This document shows positions 37,286 to 50,919 of a stretch of 64,000 nt of DNA, piece after piece; position 1 is the first letter of the stretch, and each line of letters begins with the position of its first letter. The stretch is from Syncephalis fuscata S228 (Eukaryota > Fungi > Zoopagomycota), in contig JAHLTZ010000043.1 in assembly GCA_025786725.1 (NCBI GenBank), positions 62,001-126,000 on the forward strand. Reading direction: 5' to 3'. The notes beneath the pieces were generated by a model. It did not search any database and had not been told where the DNA came from. It saw nothing but the letters and a program-made list of their open reading frames with translations. The position numbers and the translations under genes are program-made.

Positions 37286-40200
37286 ATGGCCAAAGGAAAG
37301 GGAGGAAAGAAGAAGAAGGCCCAGGATGATTATTGGTAGGATGCACTGCAGTGTTAATACTGTATCGACACCGATCGTGTATCTAACTAACAAAAAAAAT
37401 ACTACAATATGATAATACTATTAGGGATGAGGCATTTGAACAAGACGCCGAAGCCATAGCCACTGATGCAGGAGCTGAGGCTACACCGGCTGCAGCACCA
37501 GTAGAATTGAGGTGACCGCAATTAAGCCGGGCTTTGAGATTGGCGAAGAGCCAGACTATGACGAGGAATATGGCTTAATGGCTCAAGCATCACGTGCCGC
37601 CAAGAAGGGCAAAAATAAGAAGAAGCAACAACAACAACAGGATGATGATATAGATGAGCCAGCCGAAGCTGCAGCAGAGCCGACCAAGGCCGCTGAAGAT
37701 GATGGTGAAATACGCATTAAATCAAAGAAAGAAAAGGAGCGCGAGAAGAAAGAGCGTCAAAAGGAAGCCAAACGCTTAGCAGCTCAAAAGGCCAAAGAAC
37801 AAGGTGGCGGTAAAGGAAATAAGAATAATGCAGCAAGTGAACAAGCAAAGGAAGCAGCAGTAGCTGAAGCAGAACCCGAGGAAGACACAAGTGCATCGGC
37901 CAAGGGCGCTAAAGGAAAGAAGAAGGGCAGCGTCCCAGCTAAACTACGTGTAAGTATTGGCAGTACACTATATGTACAATATAGCATAGATAGACTCATT
38001 CTGCATGCATTAATAGAAAATGCTTGAAGCACAACGAGCTGCTGAGGAAGAAGCACGCCGACTAGAAGAGGAAGAAAGATTACGCATTGAAGAGGAAGAA
38101 AAACGCATTGAAGAAGAGGAGCGATTAGCAGCCGAAGCAGCCGAACGTAAACGTGAAGAAAAGAAAGTAAGCATTTATTAGTCAACTGTAAAAATAATTA
38201 TTAATCTATTATTTAGTTGAAACGTGAACAACTTCGCAAAGAAGGTAAATTGCTTAGTAAGACGGAAAAGGAAAAGCAGCGCAAAGCAGAACAAATGCGC
38301 GAACAGTTATTGGCATCTGGTATGATTCCGGCCACTACAACTGAATCTACAGAAGGAGAGACTACAAAGAAGCGCGTTGTTTATGCCAGCAAGAAGAAGA
38401 AGCCACAAAAGGGTAAACAAAATGATGCTGAAGATAACAGGGCAGCCAAAGAAGCAGCCATAGCCGCAGAAGAAGTCAAGAAGCGTCAACAAGAAGCAGA
38501 GGCAGCAGAGGCAGCCAAAAAAGAAGCAGGTACAGTAGCTGTTCTACATTCATATATATTATGTGTATATATATTTACTTACTATGATATAGAAAAAGAC
38601 TCATGGGAGAATCAAAGCGAAGAAGAAGAGGAGGAAGAAACGGCAAAGGGTTCATGGGAGGATGAATCGGATAATGAGAACGTAAAAGATAGTTGGGATG
38701 CATCATCAGGTGAAGAGGAGGAAAAGAAGAAAGAGACTGCAGTAGCAAAGAGCGGAAAGAAACCAGCACAAAAAGGTAAATAAATAGTAATAATGAATTA
38801 ATTACATTTATTAATATAATAACTATTAATATAATAATAGATGATGATAAATCAACTAAATCTGCTGCTGCTGCTGCTGCACAAAAGAAGAAAGCAGTAG
38901 TAGAAGAGGATGAAGAGGATGAAGAGGACGAAGAGGATGACTCTGAAGAGGATGAAGATGATTCTGAAGAAGACTCTGATAGTGAAGATGATTCTGAAGA
39001 AGAATTGACATCAACACAGAGACAAGCATTGGAACGAAAGAAGCAAGCTGCTGAACGTCGTCAGGTGTGTAAATAATAAGATCTAATTTAATTTAACTTA
39101 TATTTATATTTATATTTATTATTTGTATAGAAACGTATTGAAGAAGCGATGGCTGCTCGTAACAAAGATGATCTACGCTCGCCTATTTGCTGTATTCTAG
39201 GTCACGTAGATACTGGCAAAACTAAGTTGTTAGACAAGGTATTTATTGATTATTTAATAGTTACCCTTAATTAACACTATATAATAGATTCGTCAAACCA
39301 ATGTACAAGAAGGTGAAGCTGGTGGTATTACTCAACAAATTGGTGCTACCTACTTTCCAATTGACGCAGTTAAACAAAAGACCGAATGTCTTCCCAAGGT
39401 AATTAATATGATTAATATATGATTAATATATTTAACTTATGTGTTTATTAACGGTTATATAGGAACTTAAAATTGAGTATAAACTACCTGGTCTTCTAGT
39501 TATTGATACGCCTGGGCACGAGTCGTTTACTAATCTACGTTCTCGTGGTTCTTCCCTTTGTAATATTGCCATTCTTGTAGTTGATATTGTGGTAAGTAAC
39601 AAATATAGCATTACTATATAAACAGTTAACGCCAAGTATGTCGTTAATATTAATAGCACGGTCTTGAGCCACAAACACTCGAATCTCTACGTCTATTGCG
39701 TGATCGTAAAACACCATTCATTGTTGCGCTGAACAAGGTAGGTTTATATTTATTATAGATGAATAATAATGATAATAGTTAACTAATATAATACGTTAGA
39801 TTGATCGTGTTTATGACTGGAAACCAATTCCCAATAATTCATTCCGTGATTCGCTTAGCAAGCAGAAACAGCATGCACAGAATGAATTTGATGATCGTGC
39901 TAAGAAAGTAATGGTGGAATTTGCCGAACAAGTAAGTCGTAATAGTTGATGATATAGAGTGGCCAATACTTATACATCTGTCTATTATCTAATAATAGGG
40001 ATTGAATGCTTGTCTTTACTATGACAATAAGAATCTGGGCCGTAATGTATCATTAGTACCAACATCGGCCATTACTGGTGAAGGCATTCCTGATTTACTT
40101 AATTTGCTCATCCAACTTACACAAACTCGCATGAATGACAAATTGATGTATCTCTCTGAACTGGAATGTACTGTACTTGAAGTCAAGGTTATTGAAGGTC

Positions 40201-41461
40201 TCGGCACCACTATTGATGTTGTTCTATCCAACGGTGTACTTAATGAAGGTGATCGTATTGTAATATGTGGTCTTAATGGACCCATTGCCACCAATGTTCG
40301 CGCACTACTTACACCACAACCGATGCGTGAACTACGTGTTAAGGTATGTATAGCAATAATATCTATTATAAAACACAAACTAATAAATTTGTGTTTATTA
40401 TTTGTAGGCGGCCTATGTCCATCACAAGACGATTAAGGCAGCTATGGGTGTCAAGATTTGTGCACCTGATCTTGAAAAGGCCATTGCTGGTTCACGTCTT
40501 ATGGTCGTTGGTCCCGACGACGATGAAGAAGAAATGATGGATGAAGTAATGTCAGATCTTCAAACGTTGTTGAGTTCAGTCGATAAAAGTGGTCGTGGTG
40601 TATGTGTACAAGCATCGACTATTGGTTCATTGGAGGCGTTACTTGAATTCTTGCGAGTATCCAAGATTCCAGTATCGGGCATTAATATTGGTCCAGTGCA
40701 TAAGCGAGATATTATTCGCGCCTCTACCATGTTGGAACGTGCGAAGGAATTTGCCGTTATGCTTTGCTTCGATGTTAAAGTCGATAAGGAAGCGCAAGAA
40801 TTGGCCGATGAACTAGGCGTTCGTGTCTTCACTGCCGATATTATCTATCACTTGTTTGATCAATTTACCGCCTACAACAAAGTAAGTCAAACAAAAATCA
40901 ATAGTTTAATCGGTGGGTATTGATGAATGGTATGTAGGAAATTATGGAACAGCGGCGTAAAGATCAGGCACCTCAAGCGGTGTTCCCTTGTATTCTTAAG
41001 ATTATTCCAGGCTGTGTGTTTAATAAGCGCGATCCAATCATTCTTGGTGTGGATGTCGTTGAAGGCAGTCTACGTCCCGGCACACCTATTTGTGTAGTGA
41101 ATGTGGATGCTGAAACAAAAGCCAAGGAAATTATTACGATTGGCAAGGTGTCAAGTATTGAACAGAATCACAAGACTGTCGAGATTGTAAAGAAGGGACA
41201 GGCTACCGCTGGTGTGGCAGTTAAGATTGAATGTGCCGTTTATGAGACGCCAAAGATGGTGGGTCGTCACTTTACAGAACAAAATGAACTTTATAGCAAG
41301 GTAGGATAATCACGGTATTATTATAGATTAATGTTAATGTTTTAAATAATTAGATTTCACGCCAGTCTATCGATGTGCTTAAAGAGAGTTTCCGTAACGA
41401 CGTGTCAAAGGAAGAATGGGCACTTATGGTCAAATTGAAAAAGATACTGGATATCCAGTAA
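37286..41461 (+). CDS. FUN12: Eukaryotic translation initiation factor 5B, multi-exon
   Basis: Charged N-terminus; [22 protein letters not shown]|[23 protein letters not shown]; [25 protein letters not shown]; [15 protein letters not shown]; AVFPCILKI; C-terminal [14 protein letters not shown]. One apparent 1-nt deletion near 37505. Confidence 0.95.
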
Positions 41462-41739
41462 AATTAAATCATTTAATAATAAAAATCATTACGATTTAAT
41501 AAAAAAGTGTATTAGTTTATTTTTATTTTGATACTTTAATATATTCTGAGCTAATAGTTAGTTTATCACCACTTGTAATCTTGCATCGTAACTATATATA
41601 TATTATATATAGTAGGGATCGTTACTGATTGTTGGATTCATCGGTCGATCGAGGTTATTGCTAATCGGCGAATAGCTATCGTAATTTAGCGAATGCAGCA
41701 CGATTAACTTGATAGTACTGCATTCATTATAGTACTACG

Positions 41740-43123
41740 ATGGGCGACGCAGGATTCTTTAAAGTAAGTACTAGCAAGTGGTTTGAGAACAGTGCCAATA
41801 AGCTAACAGTATTATGGGTCGGTGTAGGGCACGAGTGCCGATCAGGATGCGCGGTTTAGTAATAAGCACCGAAAGTTGTTAAAGTCTATGACATTCCCTG
41901 CTTCATTTAAGAAAAAAGTATGTATAATTAAGCTGGATGGCATGAAAGTAGTAAAGTGAATTGATATTGATATGTTGATGGCTAGGTGGATATAACTAAA
42001 GTTAATGTTGATCTTATGCAACCATGGATTGCTCAGCGTATTAAAGACCTGCTGGGCATCGATGATGAAGTCGTGACTGAATTTGTGTTTGGTATGCTGG
42101 CTGAAAAGGTAATACTAACAGCAAATATTTATTAAATGGAACTATAATCTAATAAGTTGGTGCAATAGGATTTGGATCCACGAAAAATACAAATTGATTT
42201 GACGGGTTTTCTTGAAGACAAAACACCACAATTTGTAACTGAACTGTGGGATATGTTATTAAGTGCACAGGAGAATGTTGGTGGTATTCCAACTCAATTG
42301 ATCGAGCAAAAGAAAAAAGAAATTATGGAGAAAAGGGTAAGATAGCTATTTAGTAAATTAATAAAATCATGCATTTATTATTAAACACTGCTGTTAATAT
42401 CAGAAAGCAGAAGAGGAAATTAATCGAAGAATTGACGAGATGCGCAAAAAAGAAAGAGTTGAGGAAGGTGAACAAGAAAGTAGAACAAGCAGCTATAAAC
42501 CAGTAAGTGGTTGAATTAATACAGTGCAGACAATGGTTTAATTGGTTTGATATTAGGCACAGCGTAGTCAAGTTGAGCCCAATCGAGCTAGAGTAAGTCG
42601 CTTTGATCGTCAGAATGGCGATGAAGATACACGGCGCACGACAGAAAATGAACGACGTGATGTACGTCCTCGTGAACGCAACCGCAGCCATAGTCGTGAA
42701 CGTTACAACCGTCGTGATCGTGAACATAATCATAGTCACAATCGTCGTCGTCGTAGTCGTAGTCGCGAGGATCGATCATCGCGGTATCAGTCACATCGAG
42801 ATCGACATGCCACATCACGACGAGATGATGCTACTCATTACGATCGCGATACTCGACACCGTCATGAACACCGAGACCGCCAGCAAGATCGTGATCGCGA
42901 CCGTGATCGTCATTATCGTCGCCATGAGCATCAGCAGCAACATCGTGAACGATCACATCGTCGATCAAGTCCTAAACCGCACGAATCGGGTGGAGAAAGC
43001 GATAGAAGCGATGGTCTTGAACAGTCACGTCGCCAGCGTCGTCATCGTCGTGACCCTCGTGATGAACAGAATAGTCCACCTCGTTCCTCGTCTAATATAG
43101 AGGGTACTGCTATGGAGGAATAA
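41740..43123 (+). CDS. PWI-domain RS/RD-rich splicing factor (SRRM1/SRm160-like), multi-exon
   Basis: MGDAGFFK|GTSADQDARFSNKHRKLLKSMTFP; KVNVDLMQPWIAQRIKDLLGIDDEVV; DPRKIQIDLTGFLE..FVTELWDMLLSAQ; Arg/Asp/His/Ser-rich tail ending TAA at 43121-43123. Confidence 0.88.
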
Positions 43124-43636
43124 ACAAAATGGTTTAGTGACGATAATAAATGCACGTTCAAGGTTGAATGATGTTTTTCGTAAAAAAAATTGTTTAATAA
43201 ACTTGTGCTTATGAAGAGTAGAATAGGTTTTATTATTTTGGTTATATAGTATTGGTAACACATAACTATCGAAAACAAACAATGTGTCCATTTAAATATG
43301 TTAAAAAAGCTATATGATTATTTCTATTCAAGTGGAAATAGCATCAAAACTATGAATAAAAAGTAGTCATTAAAGGTGCAAAAGCGTGAGAATAATTGAA
43401 TAATTTACGTACCTTTTTGGTATTAGTAATTAGTTTTGTCGACTGTAACAAGAAATTGTTGTTTTTTACATGCAGTTTACCTTTATTAGAAATGCTGCAT
43501 TCTTACAACAGCAATAATTATAATATAACTACATATAAGTTAATGAAGTATGTTAATTGTTACAATAAAAAAGAAAAAACAATTTAACTTTGCTTTAATA
43601 TATCGTTATATTTATTCATTAATGCAGCTATGTAAA

Positions 43637-45616
43637 TTATGCGGTACAATTGGGTGGTAGGCTGTTATCTGACTCTTTACGGCCAGTTTTGGCAACAACC
43701 TTATACCCAAGACCTCGCTTGGCGAATCCACGCCAGATTTCACAAGCATGTTTACCACCTGTTAATTGCTGCTCAGCCTGAATGATAGCATCTCGGGCTT
43801 GAAGGAATGTTGGGTTACATGGCTGTAGTTTCAAAGCATCAACAACAATCTGAAGGAAAAGTGTATTGCCTTTTGTAAGGTCAACAGAGTATTTGTTTTC
43901 TTGGAATCCAAGCTTATTAACAAAGTTCCAATAAACTTCATATAACATTGTGGCCCAAATCTCACCAGCACTGTGCGGTTCATAAATCCACCAAAAATCG
44001 TTCAAGTAATTGTAGTTCAGAGGATTTGTAGATTGGTTAGTCGAGTAGGCAAAGTGACGAATATTTTTTCCAATAACATATCGACCCATTTCAACATTTT
44101 TGGTAGAGTTATCGGTTGGTTTCATTTCGAGCCAGGAAGCATAGAAATCGCTCCAGCCTTCGTTCATGCCTCGGGATTCAAGGTTTAACAAACATTGGGA
44201 ATTGGCCGAACCACCAGTTAAGCGACCAGATATACCATGTCCATATTCGTGTGAAATAATATCGTTTTCGAGAGAGCCATCGCGGCCTGGTGCTATATTG
44301 TCAAAGCCAAACATTGCCATTGTTGGTCGTTCACCATCAACCGAATTCGTAAAGAATGCATTGCCACGATAGCCTGGAGAATCATAGCCTGCTAATACGT
44401 GGGCAGCTACAGCGTCACTGCCCTTACCACCTTTGTTGCCATTGTCTTCTTGGAAATTGCCAGCAGCTTCATCGAAGCCGTATTGATAGAAAATATCGTG
44501 CATGAAATTGTTAACGTAAAACAGATTGGTAACGGCTGCATCGACATTGTGTTTGAGGTCTTTTTTAGCATCGTATGGGAAGTTGAAATCTAAATTCTTT
44601 CCACCATCGGGACGATGATTGTTTTTCCAGTTATCTTCACTATCATCAACGCCATCATTGTCTGTATCTGTGAAGTTATAGTTGACCTGAGCAAATACAT
44701 TGTTGCCAATTGTAGTGGTAAACTTCTTGTCTCCCTGTGTGTGCCAGCCATTTGGCGATGCATTCCTATCGGCTGGATTCGTGACGGTTTGAAGTGGTGT
44801 ATCGATAGGATTATTGTTGCCAATTTTAACAACATCATAGCTAGCAAAAGTCATCAAATCACTCAATGCAAGTATTTTGGTACCATCAGCCGATACATGG
44901 ACTAAGAACTCGTTAAGTGGCATTTTGACTAGAAATTTCCAAGCTGGTGCTACTTCATTGGCACTTGTTTGAATGTAGGATTGTGACACTTTTACAGCAG
45001 ACTTGGTAAAACCAACATTCTTAAGTAGATATGACTGACCACCATTCGTAGGTTTAGGCTGTGGTACAGCCTGGACTTTGCTAGCATCGAATGACTGCTT
45101 GATATGCGTGGCAAATGTACGCAAAGCATCTGCAGGAGAAACAAATCCGGCAGTCTGGCCATCCCATGTTTTGAATGGCTCGGCCATTAATTTGTTTGTG
45201 GTGCTTTGGCCAGCCGCATTGCTTTTAAAAAAGCTGTCGTCATAGGCAATAATCTTGTTTGCTTTACTGACATGAACACCCACAACGCCGTTGGAGACGT
45301 TAATGCCTTTGATGGTTTGTTGAAGGTAGACATGGGTGGTACCGCTGATCTTGGATTTGTGCGAGGTGGTCACAATAAAGTCGCCATCTTTGACATGAAG
45401 CTGAGAACGGGCAAACTCAAGCGCAACCTCTTGTGCATTGTGGGGTGTGAATGATGCTGGTGGCCTGTAGTTGTTTAGATTGGATGACAAAGTACGAACT
45501 GCAGAATTAACGTTAACGCTAGGAATAATAGATTCGACTTCAATTCGCTGATTGGCACATGAGACGGCACCGACAAATGCCAGAATTAAAGAAGCAGTAC
45601 GTAGGTCAATATGCAT
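43637..45616 (-). CDS. Fungalysin (M36 metallopeptidase), secreted, copy 1
   Basis: Signal peptide, FTP propeptide (THVYLQQTIKGI), TTTIGNNV, YGFDEAAGNFQ, HEYGHGISGRLTGG, GMNEGWSD, EPHSAGEIW, LKLQPCNPTFLQARDAI, WRGFAKRGLG; intronless. Confidence 0.95.
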   Translation of the reverse strand: MHIDLRTASLILAFVGAVSCANQRIEVESIIPSVNVNSAVRTLSSNLNNYRPPASFTPHNAQEVALEFARSQLHVKDGDFIVTTSHKSKISGTTHVYLQQTIKGINVSNGVVGVHVSKANKIIAYDDSFFKSNAAGQSTTNKLMAEPFKTWDGQTAGFVSPADALRTFATHIKQSFDASKVQAVPQPKPTNGGQSYLLKNVGFTKSAVKVSQSYIQTSANEVAPAWKFLVKMPLNEFLVHVSADGTKILALSDLMTFASYDVVKIGNNNPIDTPLQTVTNPADRNASPNGWHTQGDKKFTTTIGNNVFAQVNYNFTDTDNDGVDDSEDNWKNNHRPDGGKNLDFNFPYDAKKDLKHNVDAAVTNLFYVNNFMHDIFYQYGFDEAAGNFQEDNGNKGGKGSDAVAAHVLAGYDSPGYRGNAFFTNSVDGERPTMAMFGFDNIAPGRDGSLENDIISHEYGHGISGRLTGGSANSQCLLNLESRGMNEGWSDFYASWLEMKPTDNSTKNVEMGRYVIGKNIRHFAYSTNQSTNPLNYNYLNDFWWIYEPHSAGEIWATMLYEVYWNFVNKLGFQENKYSVDLTKGNTLFLQIVVDALKLQPCNPTFLQARDAIIQAEQQLTGGKHACEIWRGFAKRGLGYKVVAKTGRKESDNSLPPNCTA

Positions 45617-46796
45617 GTTAATAATAGGAAAGCAAGAAGATGTGATACGTAAATTGAATAATCAAATAATTAGTTAGTAGAAAGATTCTTTAAGAACAAT
45701 TGTTAAGCGTAAATAAATTGCGGTGATTGATTTGAATAGTTGTTAGGTGTTGTGAGTGGACTAGTGAGTTGTAATAAATATTAACAAAACACTAGAATAG
45801 CGGCAATTTTTATAATAAATACCTTAGCACTTTATTCTCAAAATATTACAAGTTTTAATAACATACAAAATCAGATTGCACAAATAGGCCATTAGTTAGT
45901 TGAATATGCTGTTTGTTGTCGTCATTCATTGAATATTGCATTTTCTGCATTATGTTTCAATTCTTGGCAAACACGTCCAGAGTTGATAAACCATTATTAC
46001 TATTTTTGATCAGGTTTAATATTAATAAGGCCTCGTGTCACATGATTTTACAATACGTGATTGCTGATGTATACTCAACGCCTATGCGCAGACAACAGGG
46101 TAAAAATGAGCACATAATTAGAAGCATTCAAGTTTAAAAGCACTGTTCTAAATTACCATAAATTGATGGTCCATATTCATAAAGGCCTGTATAAATCCAG
46201 TATTTGTAACTTTCTAAAATTAACAGCGATCAATTTTAAATATCTACACGCCTTTTGGTATACGGCTCTTTTTTAATCAACTTTTCCACTAGTTATGCCT
46301 CAAATAAACTAAAAAATAATTTCAAGTTCAAATTGATTTTAATGCATTTCAAAATATTATTTTGTAATATTTTGATTTTTCAGTGTATATGTTAGTTTTT
46401 ATTAATAAGCTGCATCGCTTTAATATTTTTGAATGGTTTACAGGTGAAATGAGCTGTTTTCTAAAAGGCCTGGAGCGTTACGCCAATAAATCAGTGAATT
46501 GATTTCCATAAATTACACTAAGAAGTTGGCATTACCTGTTTTAGGCCTTGTTTTACTAATATATACCATTATCTTGCTTTTCAAGTTTGAAGATTGTGAG
46601 TTTACTGGTTATACTATATTGCTATTACGGGTGTCGTAAAACACAAAAGACGACTACACACGTAAAATATGCTGTCTAAGCTATTTTGCACTAATAATAG
46701 AATCTAAATCAAAAACATGCTTTATTTTAATTTGTAAAAACTATCAAGCATTTTTATGCCACTTATAAGCTGCAGCAATGTTGTATTTAACTAATC

Positions 46797-47937
46797 CTAC
46801 TTTGTCTGATCATTTGAGTTTTGACGTGGCCATTTCGCTATCAACAATTCATCTGTAGAAGGTTTCTGTTTGATTAAATTATTTCCTTGAACAATCAATA
46901 GCTCATTGATATACCGTTCCGTCGTTTCCTCTATTTGCTTTTCAGGAATACCAGCGACACAAAAAATATTACTAAAATACAGTCTCATATTTGAGTTATA
47001 TTTTTGTGTAATAAAAGTTTTGACCTTTGCGTCAGATTCATGAATAACGCTGTATATGTAGTGGAAACAATCAATTACGACTTGGGACTCATCGTTGTGT
47101 TTTACACCTAATGAACCACTAGAATCATAATAGCTACGCACACTTATATAAACTTACACTGATATTAAGCTCATAATGTCATCCTAATTGTTTTGCAAGT
47201 AAAACACCTGATTTATAGACTGATTAACATTATTTATAATTGTATTTAAACTCCATACCGCGTCTTAATTGATTAAGCATATTTTCAAAATCGTGAGGAG
47301 TTTCTATAGCTACTGGTATTGCACTCGTATACTCAGTCATATAACAAATATGCTCTTGGCTTGCAAAATATTTATCGATAAAGGCAGAATTAATAATACG
47401 AAAGATCGGCTTGTTTTGGTAATTTTGATACTTCGCATAAGCATCATGGCATAATATCGTGTTACTAATAATGTTATACTGTCAGTTATGTAGAATACCT
47501 AAAAAAAATAAAAAGTTCCTATTAAAGTGACCCAAACTTGATTGATCTTTTGTGCTATATTGATCTTTGTGCGAACATAAAGGTTCAACAAATATGCCAT
47601 ATCCTTTACTTGGATCAAAAAAATCTCCAGAAGCGCGAAATATCTTATTAGAGTAGGTATTAATCAAACTAATAATTTTTAAATGCTGATTATTGAATGA
47701 TCCATTCATGTGCATAGAACTTCCATAAAATTTCCCTGTTTCTATTAATTATAATATGAGCAACTTCAATCTTAATCAAAACTAATGTAACGTACTTGGA
47801 TTAAAGCCAATCGGTTTATTTGCATTCATATTCGCATTCGTGAATGTTGCTTGTACATTTGAAACATTTTGGATGTTCGATACGAGTAACAATGCAGTAA
47901 CGAAAGTGGCAGCTGTAAATGCGTTGTGAAAAATCAT
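46797..47937 (-). CDS. Secreted divergent kinase-like/pseudokinase protein, multi-exon, possibly disrupted
   Basis: ATG at 47937 with a signal peptide (MIFHNAFTAATFVTALLLVS); an internal frame reads KYFASQEHICYMTEY..ENMLNQLRRG, like a kinase hinge and alphaE; no clear HRD or DFG; at least one frameshift near 47500. Confidence 0.4.
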
Positions 47938-48763
47938 TGCAATATTTTATAACTTGTCTAAAAACAAAAACTTGGTTTGAAAAAATGTTTGTAAAAGAGC
48001 GTTGAAATAATATAGGTCAAATGACAACGTTATCCGAAAGGGAAAAATAGAGAATAAAGAATAGTTACTAAAGTTTGCATGTTGTTTTTATAGCAAACGT
48101 GGCCGTTATAATCGTTAGAGAATTATATTAATGTAATAAACATGGCAACTATATGATTATATTTAGCATGAGATTCGGATATAATTAGAGTTTCAGGCAA
48201 TACAATAAGCCAATTGGCTTGAAATGGTATACTGGCATCACGAAAATTTTGAATTCTGAATTTAAAATACGGAGTTGTTTCATAGTTATGTGGCTATTGC
48301 TATATCTATAATGTAAATCTTATAGCCACTTGAATATATAGATAATTATAAGTATAATAAAAATAGTATTGTAAATAATATTTATATGCTTTATTGCTAT
48401 TTTATCCATCAAATAACTTATATCATTGTCAAAGTTTGATAACCGCTCTATATAACAACAGTTTTCTTAGCAACTATAACTTATAATAAACTTATAGACA
48501 ATTATTTATCTGTGTGTGTTTAAATGTATTGTTTGGTTGAGCAATATGCTTTTTAAGCTAATTAAAATTTTATTAATTTTGTAATATGCCAACTATAACA
48601 ATATTGGTTAAAAACAATTAATAAGTTGTGTAAAGCATAAAAATAATTAATACGTGGTAGTAACAAATTACATGTGCAGCATATTGCCGGCATGTCCACC
48701 AAGATGTTTATATTCTCATTGTATTACAAATTTAAGTTTATATCTTATAAATGTAATACCTGT

Positions 48764-48799
48764 TATAAAAGCCGTGCTTGTTTAAGTATTTTTGTAAAG
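48764..48799 (+). promoter_or_regulatory. Conserved TATA-containing core promoter of M36 copy 2
   Basis: TATAAAAGCCGTGCTTGTTTAAGTATTTTTGTAAAG about 190 bp upstream of the ATG; nearly identical upstream of copy 3 although the surrounding DNA has diverged. Confidence 0.65.
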
Positions 48800-48954
48800 A
48801 GCTATAGTCACACGCCATTAATCCTACGCCCAATAACTTACTAATTATGCAATTCATCTACGATATTCTACTTACGCTTAATACTATCATATAATTATTT
48901 TTATTTTAGTTTATCTAATCTACGTATCACGACTCTTCGCTTTCTACCGTCAAC

Positions 48955-50919
48955 ATGCATATCAACCTACTTATTGCCTCGTTGATCCTGGCATCTGTTG
49001 GTGCCGTTTCATGTGACAACCAACGAGTTGAGGTTGACTCTATTATTCCCAAGATTAATGTCGCTTCTGCAGTTCGCGATTTGTCGCCTGATCTAAGCAC
49101 ATACAAGCCACCAGCGTCATTCGCACCTCAAAGTGCACAAGAAGCTGCACTTGAATTTATTCGTTCCCAGCTCCACATCAAGAATGGCGAATTTATTTTG
49201 ACCAACTCGCACAAGTCCGAGACCAGCGGTACCACTCATGTCTATCTTCAGCAAACCATCAAAGACATTAACGTTTCGAATGGTGTTGTGGGTATTCACG
49301 TCGACAAAGCAAACAAGATCATTGCCTATGACGACAGTTTCTTCAAGACCAACAAAGCTAATCAGTTTGTAGCTAAACCACTCAAAACATGGGATGGCCA
49401 GACTACCGGATTTGTTTCTCCCATTGATGCATTGAGTAAACTTGCCACACACATCAAACAGCAATTCGATGCCAGCAAGGTCCAAACTGTACCACAAGCT
49501 AAATCTGCAGGTAGTGGCCAGTCATATCTGCTCGAGAATGTTGACTTTGCCACGTCTCCAGTAAAAGTGTCACAATCATACATCCAAACAAGTGCCAATG
49601 AAGTGGAACCCGCTTGGGAGTTTATGATCAAGATGCCGCTTAACAATTTCTTAGTCCATGTATCGGCAGATGGCACCAAAATACTTGCATTGAAGGATTT
49701 AATGTCTTTTGCCAGTTACAATGTTGTTAAAATTGACAACAACAATCCTATCGACACGCCACGCCAAATTGTCACGGATCCAGCCGACAAGATTGCATCA
49801 CCAAATGGCTGGCACACACAGGGAAGCAAAAGATTTACCACTACAGTTGGTAACAATGTATTTGCTCAGGCCAACTATAATATTAAAAACGCAAAAGGTG
49901 ATCGCATTGATGATAATGAAGATAGCTGGAAAAACAGTACTCGTCCAGATGGTGGAAAAAATCTAAAGTTTGATTTTCCGTACGATCCTAAAAAAGCGCC
50001 AAAAGACAATGCCAACGCAGCTGTTACCAACCTGTTCTACGTTGCTAACAGTATACATGATATTTTCTACAAGTATGGTTTCAATGAAGCTGCTGGCAAC
50101 TTCCAAGAAGACAACGGCAACAAAGGTGGCAAGGGCGGTGACGCTGTAGCTGCTCAAGCGTTGCAAGGCTACGATTCTCCAGGCTTCCGTGGCAATGCAT
50201 TTTTTACAGAATCGGTTGATGGTGAACGACCAACAATGGCAATGTTTGGCTTTGACGAGATAAAACCAGGCCGCGACGGGGATTTCGAAAATGATATTAT
50301 TTCGCATGAATATGGCCATGGCATATCTGGTCGACTAACCGGTGGCAGTGGGAAATCCGACTGTTTGTCAGATACCGAAGCCAGAGGCATGAGCGAAGGT
50401 TGGAGTGACTTCTTTGCTTATTGGCTTGAGATGAAAGCATTTGATAAATCTACTAAAAATGTTGAAATGGGAAAATACGTCGCTGGCCAAAATATTCGTA
50501 GTCATCCATATTCAACTAACATGGCTACAAATCCACGGTCATTTTATGATTTAAGCAAAGACGAATGGAGTCTTGGTGTATATGATTTTGGTGAAGTTTG
50601 GGCCACAATGCTATACGAAGTTTACTGGAATCTTGCTAATAAGCTTGGATTTCAAGCAAACATATACTCCCCCGACATTACAAAAGGCAACACTCTTTTA
50701 CTTCAAATTGTCATTGATGGCCTAAAATTACAACCATGTAATCCAACTTTTGTTCAAGCTCGAAATGCCATCATTCAAGCCGAAAAGCAATTAACCGGTG
50801 GTAAGCATGCCTGCGAAATCTGGCGTGGATTTGCCAAACGAGGTCTTGGTTATAATGCTAGCACTAAGAAGGGTATTAGATATCCGGATATTAATTTACC
50901 AAAAAACTGTAAGCCATAG
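48955..50919 (+). CDS. Fungalysin (M36 metallopeptidase), secreted, copy 2
   Basis: Same M36 motifs (HEYGHGISGRLTGG, GMSEGWSD, LKLQPCNPTF); intronless. Confidence 0.95.
   Translation: MHINLLIASLILASVGAVSCDNQRVEVDSIIPKINVASAVRDLSPDLSTYKPPASFAPQSAQEAALEFIRSQLHIKNGEFILTNSHKSETSGTTHVYLQQTIKDINVSNGVVGIHVDKANKIIAYDDSFFKTNKANQFVAKPLKTWDGQTTGFVSPIDALSKLATHIKQQFDASKVQTVPQAKSAGSGQSYLLENVDFATSPVKVSQSYIQTSANEVEPAWEFMIKMPLNNFLVHVSADGTKILALKDLMSFASYNVVKIDNNNPIDTPRQIVTDPADKIASPNGWHTQGSKRFTTTVGNNVFAQANYNIKNAKGDRIDDNEDSWKNSTRPDGGKNLKFDFPYDPKKAPKDNANAAVTNLFYVANSIHDIFYKYGFNEAAGNFQEDNGNKGGKGGDAVAAQALQGYDSPGFRGNAFFTESVDGERPTMAMFGFDEIKPGRDGDFENDIISHEYGHGISGRLTGGSGKSDCLSDTEARGMSEGWSDFFAYWLEMKAFDKSTKNVEMGKYVAGQNIRSHPYSTNMATNPRSFYDLSKDEWSLGVYDFGEVWATMLYEVYWNLANKLGFQANIYSPDITKGNTLLLQIVIDGLKLQPCNPTFVQARNAIIQAEKQLTGGKHACEIWRGFAKRGLGYNASTKKGIRYPDINLPKNCKP

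Noticed and set aside
37501-37520. In-frame TGA early in eIF5B as possible selenocysteine readthrough
   Set aside because: The downstream coding sequence is in a different frame; restoring one base gives [11 protein letters not shown], so this is a frameshift/assembly error, not Sec.
42350-43100. ORFs 42603-43100 (+), 42350-42739 (-) and 42588-42818 (-)
   Set aside because: Alternative-frame or antisense shadows of the low-complexity RS/RD tail of the PWI protein.
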